DNA of 17,327 nucleotides, taken from positions 1 through 17,327 of the forward strand of contig JAQGDQ010002033.1 of the NCBI GenBank assembly GCA_030141605.1, given 5' to 3'. Position numbers and translations under genes: made by a program. Source of the stretch: Tubiluchus corallicola. Its lineage: Eukaryota > Animalia > Priapulida. A model generated the notes under the pieces. That model saw only the letters and a program-made list of their open reading frames with translations. It made no database searches and had not been told where the DNA came from. Positions 1-17,327 of the stretch are shown here, piece after piece (position 1 is the stretch's first letter; the number at the start of each line of letters is the position of its first letter).

Positions 1-282
1 TATTGCAAATCTTGGTTTTACACGCAGATTTAAAGGTTCTAATCTAACGTGAAAACAAGTTTTGTTTTATAAAAACAGCTAAACGTACCTTAAAATTTGA
101 CACTAATTTTATCAAATTTCATGGCTTCATTCTTAATGAGCGCGGGCTTCGAACTCGCATTTTCCCGCAAACATTTTATTCAATTTTGCTCGTGAAACTT
201 CGGAAAATCTAGGTTAAACAAATATGCTAGCAACGGTTTCCTAGGCTACCGCGTCATGTCTGTGATGCTGGCTTTGTAAACA

Positions 283-625
283 ATGCTACGTGATTACATC
301 TCTGAGGACGCATCTAAATGGCCAAAGAAAATTTCAAACCAGGATTTATATGATTTAACAAAGAAGGAGGAAAGGAATGAGGTCATGCAAAAGTGCTGGC
401 TAAGATGGATTGGACACATCATCAGATTAACACAGTTTTGTCCACATTACATATTACAGCATTACATCAAGCACTAATTACGTGGGAAGAAACCAATAGG
501 AAGACGGCTGATCATATATTTGGATGTTCTGAAGAAAAACTTATTAAACACTTCACTTGACTTAAATGATGTGAATACTTGGCATGTGGCAGCAGATTGG
601 GGTAACGTGGTATCTAATTATGAGT
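283..625 (+). mobile_element. Degenerate 3' fragment of a non-LTR retrotransposon ORF (RTE-like)
   Basis: KWPKKISNQDLY...LRWIGHIIRL, then after a stop GKKPIGR...W.VAADW; matches the recalled C-terminal pattern of RTE-type ORF2. Confidence 0.65.
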
Positions 626-895
626 GATGCCATGTTGCATAACTGAAGCACCTAAGCACATCTAAATCTGTGGGCTGCATAGTGAAATGTGACACGAAAC
701 AACCAACCACAAGGGCTGCCGTAACTAAGGACTGAATTTTACTGGCGCCATCTAATGAGTAAAATGCGCGAAATTAAGTTGCAGACTTTCTTAGCAAAGT
801 TTCTTCTTCCATAAACCAGCAAGGAAAAGTTAAAAGTATGAGAAAATCTTAGTTGGGCTGTAGAATGTATAAATTACACTGTATTTGGCCTTTAA

Positions 896-1352
896 AGAAC
901 AAGAAAATGGCCAAACAGATTAAACCTCAGAAAATTCGCAATAAAAAAAATTATATCACCTAAGTATAATCTTAAGCGAATAAAGTACTCACGTTTTCGC
1001 ATTTACTCCAATTTTTGTAAAATATTTCAACCGCTGCAGTAAACGTTGGCGCAGACATGTTTCATTTAGTCCGCCAATTGAAAAGCCAGCACGTGACTGA
1101 TTACGTGGCAGACATCAATCGAACACAGTCGCTGTGAGTTCTGAGCACGTGTACTATAAAGATTTGTGTTGTGGTTCTGTGACGTCATCTAATATGGCGC
1201 CGCCGTGACAGTCTCGCGGGAGTATTTAAAATGAGAACAAACAGGAAATTCTTTTAACGTGGGCGTGGTAAACGCTTAAGATTGCGTCTAACCGTTATAA
1301 TTCTTTAGTGAAAATTTTCTGAGACTTGCTTTAACTAGGCCTTTCTTGTCCT
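896..1352. mobile_element. Non-autonomous DNA transposon (Kolobok-like MITE)
   Basis: TTAA at 892-895 and 1353-1356; about 85-bp imperfect TIRs (AGAACAAGAAA..CTCAGAAAATT..AATCTTAAGCG versus AGGACAAGAAA..CTCAGAAAATT..AATCTTAAGCG on the reverse strand). Confidence 0.75.
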
Positions 1353-2108
1353 TTAAGCCAATCCTGATTTATTAGGCTTTACTGCTGTTTTTCTATTTTA
1401 CTATTTTGTTATTTTTCGTGATCTTTTGAGTTACGTGTGCAGGCTACATGAAAACATTCATACATCAATTTACGATTACGTTTTTAAAATAAAATAAAAC
1501 TTAGTTATTTCAATAGTTTATGAGTGATTCGGGAAGACTATATTGACCCAGTTATTGTGACGTTCCGACAGCTGTTGTTTGCTGACTGACTGAGCAACTA
1601 AGTGACTAAGTTTTTGCTGCCAATGTAAATAACCATTTTTAGACAGTCCTCTAAGAAACTCAGGCAGTTAGCGCAATTCGTTGACTGAGAATTTTTCCAA
1701 ACGCCGCGATATTTCTCACCATTGTTTAAGCGTATGAATCCGTGTCAAATGGAACAGTCACTGTTCCAGTTTAGTTGACGCAAATAATGAAATCCCTTTA
1801 AGCATTTTCTGCAAAACTCATTGCCTTGTTGCCAGTTTTAATAATAAATGCATCGGCCATAACCGCGTCTAAAGCTAAAAGCCCAAACGTTTGTTGATGA
1901 AATTATTCCTAATTCTAGGCTAGCTTGATTAGATTAAGCCTGGTAGCGCGTAGTGATAAAACAAGCATTGAAAGCAACTCACTTGAGCCGGACTTATTGT
2001 ATTGAGAAATTAACGCTCCGTTATTCTTACTGAAAGTGTCTGTAGAAAAACATGGATAAATATAGGGCCTAATGTAACGTTTTTCTTAAAAATACGTTCT
2101 TTGCTTAA

Positions 2109-2758
2109 AGGACAAGTAAAGGGGTACCTGAAGTAGGTTTCAAAAAAATCGCCTTAAAAATTATATTATTTTATAGCAATTTTGTGCATATATCGTAATC
2201 TTGTTAAAAGGATTTCTATTTGTTTTCATTTTAAATCTCCAACGATACTGTTCCGACAGCGCCATTACATGACGTCACTACGCACAACGTAAGCAGGGGA
2301 ATAACAGGCAATGTTGAATTATGCCCCAAAAAACTTTCCGTGCAAATCTATATTACTTCGCTTATCGAGTACCTACTGGAAAGACGTATGTAACTAGACT
2401 AATAGTTTAAAATGTTTGTTCCAATTGGTAAAATGTCGCTGACTTACCCTCCAGAATACGCCACTCACTGACCAAATAATCGTATTGACAAGATACAATA
2501 ATTTAAAATTTTGCTTAATTAGCAACATGTACACTATGAATGCTCTGATTAGTTTTTCAAACTTTACTTAATGTTATCAAAACTTGTTTCAAACACCTAC
2601 CATTAAAATGGCTGCGCCTAACTGTCATCGCGGGAGTTTAAATTTACACGTTTTATACAGCGTTACGGCCGATGCATACGAAAAGGTAGTGTGTAAGTGG
2701 TATAAAATTTCCAGACGAATTTTTTAAGCTTTATGTAAGTGGAGGGTTTTCTTGTGCT
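2109..2758. mobile_element. Kolobok-like MITE
   Basis: TTAA at 2105-2108 and 2759-2762; termini AGGACAAGTAAA / AGCACAAGAAAA(rc) with further patchy inverted similarity; its 3' part is repeated at about 9780-10065. Confidence 0.65.
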
Positions 2759-2762
2759 TTAA

Positions 2763-3302
2763 AGGAAAACCGAGCGATTGTGTAAACACGAGTTCAGAAT
2801 AAAGAGTGCTCTAAAATATTGAAAACTACAATAGCTTTTTTAAATCAAAGCTTAGATTAAATAATAATTACCTTGAATACTCAAATTTTGTTAAACTTTC
2901 GAAGGTACGCGCGTCTCAGTGAATTTGCTAAGATTGGCAGCGGCGCATTTTGTCACGTGCGCGTGGCGGAGAAATGGAAAGCGGTACCGTGATAAGCATG
3001 ATCATAAACTGCAGTGTTAGTTTCTGATGTCATATGACGTAGGGCCCATTTCGTGACATCACGCGTTTAAGCAATAGCACTTACGCAAATGTGCTTGACG
3101 CGCAAGGGAAGATGCCTGCAATTGCACAAATTGTGGTTAGTTTCTGATGTAAGCAGTAGCTGTGTTCGGTTGCCGTTAATTAACTTTCTAAGCTAATTGT
3201 TCAAATATAAGAAACAATTGCTAACTTTCATAGGCAAGAAAATGTATATTTTGGACGGTAAATTAAAATGAGATTGAGTCTAAACAATCGTCCGGTTTTT
3301 CT
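2763..3302. mobile_element. Kolobok-like MITE abutting the previous one
   Basis: TTAA at 2759-2762 and 3303-3306; TIR AGGAAAACCGAGCGATTGTGTAAAC versus AGAAAAACCGGACGATTGTTTAGAC(rc). Confidence 0.75.
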
Positions 3303-3700
3303 TTAACAGAGAAGAAATGTCTGTTATTGAAATGTTAATAAAATTTGGCATCTTCAAAATGCAAGTCTGTGCTTGTACCATTGGGAAACAATACCAAAAC
3401 ATTAATTTTTTGACATGCATAGACGCCATTGTTCTACAGTGTGAGATTTAGAGCCATCTTTATTCGTGGGTGAGCGGTAAAAATGGCACAGGAAAAAATG
3501 GCACGGTGTTACGACTCGCCTGCCGAATCTAATTTCTGCGCCACTTTGTTTTTTCACCTGAACTCTGCTACTTGATTTTGACCTAGTTAGTTAATTGTTG
3601 GAGAGGTGGAATAATGTCGGTTGCTCGGGATGGCAGCTCTGATGTTTTCATTTTGTTATTCTTGTTTACTGATAATAAACCAAGGAATAATGTCGAAAAT

Positions 3701-4204
3701 CACACTACGGCCAAATCACGTTGAAAACACCGGTTCTCGTCTGATCACCGAAGTTAAGCAAAGTAGAGCCTGGTTAGTGCTTGGATGGGTGACCGCCTAG
3801 GAATACCAGGTGCTGTAGGCTTGCGGGATGCCCACACTGTATCTCAACACTAGGCGGAGAAGCTGTACAAGCAGCCAACGGCTAGAGGGCGGAGGCTGTC
3901 AAGTGACCCAACGGCCATGTGTAGAGGAGTAAACCTTCCAAATCAGGAGTGGAGCCCCGAAGGCGGACCTGTGCAGCATGCTCACTGACTCCGGCAGTTC
4001 CTGCAGCCAACCTGGTGCCAAACGTATCGCTCCGCTTTCCTTTGGACTACACCAGGGAGGAAGAGAAGGGGTTCCTGCGGCCTGGGCAACTCAGGATCTC
4101 CATACACCTTGCCCAGGCGTGCGCCCTGGAGACTTTCAAGGATCGGACTCTCTTGGCGCACATTCCATTGTCTTCCGAGACAGAAGGATGCCAACAACAA
4201 AAAC
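3701..4204 (+). mobile_element. 5S rRNA-headed SINE (SINE3 type) with RTE-like body/tail and (CAA)n end
   Basis: 12-bp TSD AATGTCGAAAAT (3689-3700, 4205-4216); 5S head; GC-rich body with no TTTT; 3' end TCCATTGTCTTCCGAGACAGAAGGATGCCAACAACAA resembles RTE LINE 3' termini (recalled). Confidence 0.8.
3703..3822 (+). rRNA. 5S rRNA-derived sequence (full length, 120 nt; SINE head, probably not a functional rRNA gene)
   Basis: CTACGGCCAAATCACGTTGAAAACACCGGTTCTCGTCTGATCACCGAAGTTAAGC...TGGATGGGTGACCGCCTAGGAATACCAGGTGCTGTAGGCTT closely follows the invertebrate 5S consensus; box A at about 3752, box C at about 3782; no oligo-T terminator follows. Confidence 0.92.
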
Positions 4205-4269
4205 AATGTCGAAAATGTATCTCCGTTTGTTTAATGTGACTTTTGTATTCAACGCCAACTCATAACAAC

Positions 4270-4550
4270 GGTAAAAATGGCACATGAAAAATGGCACAAA
4301 TGGAAAAGTAGGTAAAAATGGCACATGAAAAAAATGGCACAAATGGAAAAGTGGGTAAAATGGCACAACTGGAAAAGTAGGTAAAATGGCACAACTGGAA
4401 AAGTAGGTAAAATGGCACAACTGGAAAAGTAGGTAAAATGGCACAACTGGAAAAGTAGGTAAAATGGCACAACTGGAAAAGTAGGTAAAATGGCACAACT
4501 GGAAAAGTAGGTAAAATGGCACAACTGGAAAAGTAGGTAAAAATGGCACA
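4270..4550 (+). repeat. 26-bp tandem repeat AAATGGCACAACTGGAAAAGTAGGTA (left arm of foldback element)
   Basis: TGGCAC recurs at 4361, 4387, 4413, 4439, 4465, 4491, 4517, 4544, with variant units upstream. Confidence 0.95.
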
Positions 4551-4582
4551 TGTTGTATTGATGTAGTTAATTTCTATAATAA

Positions 4583-5246
4583 AACTAGAATGTGCTCAGT
4601 AGGAAGCAGAACTCTGCCAAAGACGAACAATCTAAAACTTACTCGTCTGATTATTTTGATTCAAAAAATTTAACACAAAGATAAACAAGCAAACATACAA
4701 AAATGTACCTGTAATGGTATTATATAGACTAGCAAAATATTCTACAGTCTATAGAATATATAGAATTTATAGACCGACAAAATATTTTGTTCCTTTAATA
4801 AAGTTACAGTGTTTAATCAATAATTCACGAATATTCCACATAGTGCTTATCTACCTAGTGGTTCTTTAACCATTGATTTTGGCAATGGTAATAGACTGAC
4901 ATATTTACATACCAAGTCAGCTTATAAGGTTTTACACCTTAATATGCAAGTTTTTCAAGCGAGAATTTCTCGAAATGGGACCTGGAACGAACTCGTGCTT
5001 GTTTGTCCTGATGGAGATAGTAAAAAGTGCTACATTCCATGTGAGACTTTGTCAGGGGGTCGGTCAAATTTTGGTGAAGAAAACCCATGTTGGCACCCAG
5101 TACTCGCTTTCTCAACAAAGTTTCGTAGAAATCTGTTAGCTGGTTTTTGCGTAATAGGTTTACTGCCATAACAGACAAAGCAACCAGACAAACAACCAAA
5201 TAAACAAACAAGCAACGTTGAAGCATAACTTCCTTGACAGATATAA
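4583..5246 (-). mobile_element. HINE/DINE-1-like (Helentron-associated) non-autonomous element
   Basis: On the minus strand: starts TTATATCTGTCAAGGAAGTTATG, then a GTTT/GTCT microsatellite, and ends with subterminal IR CTTTGGCAGAG, a short TGCT..AGCA hairpin and CTAGTT; inserted in T/A runs with no TSD. Confidence 0.6.
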
Positions 5247-5321
5247 AAATGACTAAAATAATTATCTCCCACATAACCCTAACTCTAAACTCATATTTTT
5301 ATAGGTGTGTCAAATTAACTG

Positions 5322-5846
5322 CTTTGCCATTTGCGATATTTTTGTGCGATTTTTCCTGTGCCATTTTTTGTGTCACTTTTACCGGTGCCATTTTACCTAC
5401 TTTTCAATTTGTGCCATTTTTACTGGTGCCATGTTTACCTACTTTTCCATTTGTGCTGTTTTTTCCTGCCATTTTTGCCGGTGCCATTTTACCTACTTTT
5501 CCATTTGTGCCATTTTTACTGGTGCCATGTTTACCTACTTTTCCATTTGTGCCATTTTTACGGGTGCCATGTTTACCTACTTTTGCATTTGTGCCATTTT
5601 ACTGGTGCCATGTTTACCTACTTTTCCATTTGTGCCATTTTTCCTGCGCCATTTTTGGTGCCATGTTTACCTACTTTTCCATTTGTGCCATTTTTACAGG
5701 TGCCATGTTTACCTACTTTTCCATTTGTGCCATTTTTACGGGTGCCATGTTTACCTACTTTTCCATTTGTGCCATTTTTACGGGTGCCATGTTTACCTAC
5801 TTTTCCATTTGTGCCATTTTTACCTGTGCTATTTTACCTACATTCC
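5322..5846 (-). repeat. About 42-bp tandem repeat GTGCCATGTTTACCTACTTTTCCATTTGTGCCATTTTTACGG (right arm, inverted relative to left arm)
   Basis: Directly visible; produces the 14-aa periodic spurious ORFs at 5234-5961. Confidence 0.95.
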
Positions 5847-6242
5847 TATTAGAGGTATTAATACGATATTACAAGCTGGTGCTTGTACCTTTGAGAAACA
5901 TAGCAATGTCAATTTTTTGACATGCATTCACAGTGCACACCATTGTTCCACTACAGTGTGAGATGTAGACGCCATCTTTATTCATGAAATCAAAACTAAT
6001 GAGATTGCTTTTACTGTGTATTTGTAAAGAGTCTAGGATTTCTATCTGAAACGTGTTTATGGCTTACGAGATTACATTTCGAATTTCTCTTGCCCCGTTG
6101 TTGATTTACTCTGTCACTAATGCACTAGGTATATTCTCAGGTGACCTTTGTGCAATAGCTTGCCTTGAGACGTTAAATTTGATTTGATACGGTGTGAGTC
6201 CAAAAAGTTAACGTTCCATTTTCATTCTTCAATGCAAATATA

Positions 6243-6480
6243 CAGGGTGGCTCAAAAGCCGCTATACATTTTGATTTCTATCGATTTTCTTTTTAATTTA
6301 TTTTCTAATCACAGCAAGCTCTTACATGAATCAAACGGGGCCTTTGGCAATTCTTTTTGTTTATTTTTTGACTGGAACTCGGTTGCTATGGTGACGACAG
6401 TAATGTTAGAAATGAGATGCAAAATCAGCCTGACATGGCGTCTTTCAATCACCAACTGACGTTCATCAGAACAGGAACAC
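6243..6480 (+). mobile_element. Possible truncated Tc1/mariner-type MITE end
   Basis: TA followed by CAGGGTGGCTCAAAA, a typical Tc1/mariner TIR start; no partner TIR found and the right boundary is a guess. Confidence 0.3.
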
Positions 6481-6533
6481 GCCTCTACAAATAATGGGCT
6501 CCTTTTAAGCGTAATTGATTAAAAACTAATGAA

Positions 6534-6627
6534 ATGGTAGTAGTACTGGTGGTGGTGGTAGTGGTGTTGGTGGTGGTGGTGGTGTTGGTGTTGGTGTTGG
6601 TTGGTGGTGTTGGTGGTGATGGTGGTG

Positions 6628-6663
<36 letters not shown>

Positions 6664-6665
6664 GT
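6534..6665. repeat. Compound microsatellite (GGT/GTT/AGT)n
   Basis: Direct inspection. Confidence 0.95.
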
Positions 6666-6899
6666 TTTATTAACACAGTAAATAAATCATTACAATGAAT
6701 TTTACAAAAAAGCCCTTTAAAACAGCCAGCAGACAAAGCAAAGGCACCTGTGATAATTATATCTAGATCGATAACAATATTTTCAATGACAATTATCGAT
6801 CACGTTTAAAATCATATGAGCACATTTACACGTGGACATAATGTTATTGCAATTATCAAAAAAAAAACTTTAAAATGGGTAAAGTCCAAATCGTTAATT

Positions 6900-7880
6900 C
6901 TTTTTTTATTTCCTCTGTTCTATCACAATCGCACACAACATGCTTTTCAGTTTGCACACTCCTACATTCTACGTGTATATCACAGTGCTGGCTGAATATA
7001 TTAATTCTTAGCAAAATTAATTCGTACCTCAAAATTTAGAATCACGTATTGTTTAAATTTTAGTGTACATAAGCAATTAACAATTTCTGAACTTCCAATT
7101 CTCCACCTTTGTTTAAAAATATAAACTGATCAATATCACACATGAATGGGAATTCTGGAAAAATATCTGATATTTGATTTAAGAATGCAGTTCTTTCTTG
7201 ACAATAAACATTGCATTGCATTACTAAAGTGAAAATTGTGGAAAATGAATGGACGTTAACCATAAAATATCTTCCAATTTTTATTTGCCTTTATAGTGGC
7301 TTTTGACACTAAACTTTTTCATAACCCAAGAAAAGCAAAGAGCATACGAAAGCTGAATTTAGCAAGAATCTACAAGAGAAGAAATCTTCTGTTACATTTT
7401 ACATTTGAATGCTTGTTTTACTCAAGCGCACCACACTTTGTGATCCTAAAATCCGAATCAGAAAACTGCATAATACTCTCTCTACTGGCTCTGTCTTTCT
7501 CTTCTAATACGGCAGAATTGGCCTGCAAATTAGACTTATTAATCAGCTCACTGAAATACCGAATCCACTCTTTAGTTAATGGGCGTATCACAACATTTCA
7601 TTCTATTTGTTATTCTGTTTATATTTTGCCTAAACTGGGACAGATTACTTTTTTCACTAGTTTTTTAAATGCTTTAGAATTTTTGCTCTATGTTGACGAT
7701 AGACCGCCTATTCAATTTTTTAAAATGTCTTTCTGTCTTCAACAGTTCTTTTCTCAGGCTTGTATCATACGGTTTTTTGAAGATTCCTTATTTAATTTTT
7801 TAACCATTCTACAGGTGGCAGCACACTACTTATTGAACCAAAGTTTATTGAATTTCTTGGGATTTGCATTTAATAACTAA
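6900..7880 (-). mobile_element. Decayed, internally deleted LINE remnant (CR1/L2 group)
   Basis: Minus-strand fragments KLWFNK*C..KKLNK..LRKELLKTERHFKKL and EWIRYFSELI (endonuclease-RT linker type), then IKIGRY and QCNVYCQERTAFLNQISDIFPEF..QFIFL (ORF2 C-terminus type); AATAAA and A-run near 6901-6910 on minus. Confidence 0.55.
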
Positions 7881-8758
7881 TAGTAAAGAGAATGTATTTT
7901 AAATTGATGATTAAAGATTAAATTATTGCCTCAGCCAGAAGCCGAGGTAGGTGTGGCACATCACGTGACGATCAGCTGATATCTGGACCCACTTAAGAGG
8001 ACGCGTTACGATTATAGATTTGATGACGTAGCTCCTATGCGCAGAGGTTCAGTGCGCACTAGGAAACTAAACAAAAGCAGTTGGAGCCGGCAACTCAGGG
8101 TAGACTAAGGAGCTGATCCGGAGACTGAGGGCTAGCCTGTGTTCCTCGCTATTTATACTTATATCTATACTTATGTTTAGTAAATGTGCAGTTTTATAAA
8201 TAAAGGTTTGCTATGTCCTCTCGGCTGTTCGCAACACATCACGAGCCACAGCAGCAGTAAACAACAATAAACAGCAGCTATAAACAATTACAAACGCATA
8301 ACTTTACTCTAATAACAATGTAGTTTTTAGCAAAGTGCAGCCTTTCATCACCACTCATGGGCTGTGATAGACTTTCTCAATACAAGATACCAGTCATTGG
8401 ATTAGTTTCTGAGGCTCGAGATCCCTGGGGAAGGTAGCGGAAATAGCAAAGCCTTCTAGTGCAGTAGTTCTTTTCAGATTTTCGTGTAATTTTAAAAGGA
8501 TTACTCAAGGTTTTAGTTCATCTGTACCAACTTTTAAACAATTTGCTTTGTTTGTTAAAAAAATGTACAAACGATTATATACATCATCCACATATATAAT
8601 CGATTGAGTCAAAGCAATTTATTATTGACTTTAACAAAGGCGTTCATTTTTTTACTCTGATCACAATCTTATGTGACGTCACACCAGATATTTTTTGCAT
8701 CGTCTGATTACGTCATCAGTTATGTTGCAGGTGATTCAGGTTTGTTTATTTTCTACAG

Positions 8759-17021
<8,263 letters not shown>

Positions 17022-17327
17022 GTAAGTTTATCACTTCCTTCCCTCTTCTTACAATGAGCTTTACTTACTTGGTTGCAGTATATGTGGTGACGGCTTCTAG
17101 GAGGATGCCTGCCACAGCTGTTAGCTTATGTGACGGGTTGGATGGTTGAAGTCTCTTCAGGATTTCTACTGTCAGTTGACTAAACAAGTCAGTTTAGTTA
17201 GACAATAAGATTCTTAACATTTTAGTTATAAAATCTCCTTACCAACTAATAGTACAGCATCATAATTTATTTTTGATGCTTGATATAATAAGCAAGCAAG
17301 CAAGCAATCAAGCAACTCACTAACCAG

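Larger units (their letters stand above)
3507..4267 (+). mobile_element. Short solo-LTR-like insertion (about 245 bp once the nested SINE is removed)
   Basis: TGTTACGA...TCATAACA termini, ACGG target duplication (3503-3506, 4268-4271), AATAAA at 3674-3679; removing it restores the host repeat ATGGCACGGTAAAAATGGCAC. Confidence 0.75.
3469..5846. mobile_element. Foldback-type non-autonomous DNA element with inverted subterminal satellite arms, interrupted by nested insertions
   Basis: GGTAAAAATGGCAC-type repeats on + at 3476-3504 and 4270-4550 and in reverse complement at about 5322-5840; GG...CC ends; possible decayed 8-bp TSD TATTCGTG (3461-3468) / TATTAGAG (5847-5854). Confidence 0.65.

Noticed and set aside
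34-891. A further TTAA MITE enclosing the RTE fragment
   Set aside because: TTAA|AGG and CCT|TTAA ends exist, but the inverted similarity is too weak to call.
1070-1133. Upstream LRR exon candidates (CT|GTGAGT at 1134; also 3310 and 6141-6193)
   Set aside because: Wrong length or phase, stops, or no LRR pattern.
3703-3822. Functional 5S rRNA gene
   Set aside because: Altered first bases, no oligo-T terminator, not in an array, and fused to a body with a tail and TSD: a SINE head.
3949-4265. ORFs of 74-96 aa in the GC-rich segment
   Set aside because: They lie within the SINE body; open frames reflect GC content.
4270-5846. CRISPR-like array
   Set aside because: Head-to-tail repeats with no unique spacers, eukaryotic intron context, no cas genes.
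4136-5961. Long Cys/Phe/His-rich ORFs up to 228 aa
   Set aside because: Periodic translations of the 26-bp and 42-bp satellites, open in all three frames.
7296-7880. 194-aa + strand ORF
   Set aside because: Antisense to the LINE remnant; no recognisable domain or exon boundaries.
17022-17149. Hydrophobic ORF tail as TM7
   Set aside because: It follows a strong GTAAGT donor and lacks the NSxxNPxxY motif; the real TM7 exon should lie beyond the window.

Overview
AT-rich animal genomic DNA, probably from an invertebrate; this is not prokaryotic sequence. The + strand carries ten internal exons (8759-17021) of a relaxin-receptor-type (RXFP1/2-like, LGR type C) leucine-rich-repeat GPCR: seven phase-2 LRR exons of 69-72 nt, then hinge/TM1, TM2 and TM3-TM6 exons. 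The 5' exons and TM7/C-tail lie outside the window, and most exons are missed by the ORF track. Bases 1-8758 appear to be one large intron filled with transposon debris: TTAA-flanked Kolobok-like MITEs, LINE remnants, and a nested stack. In that stack a foldback element with satellite arms holds a HINE-like element and a short TG..CA solo LTR, which itself holds a 504-bp SINE with a full-length 5S rRNA head and an RTE-like tail. The two best leads are this 5S-headed SINE inside an LTR, and a 4x138-bp tandem duplication of an exon 3' half plus splice donor that may create three in-frame 48-nt cassette exons. All calls are by eye; family assignments come from recalled motifs and no database search was run.
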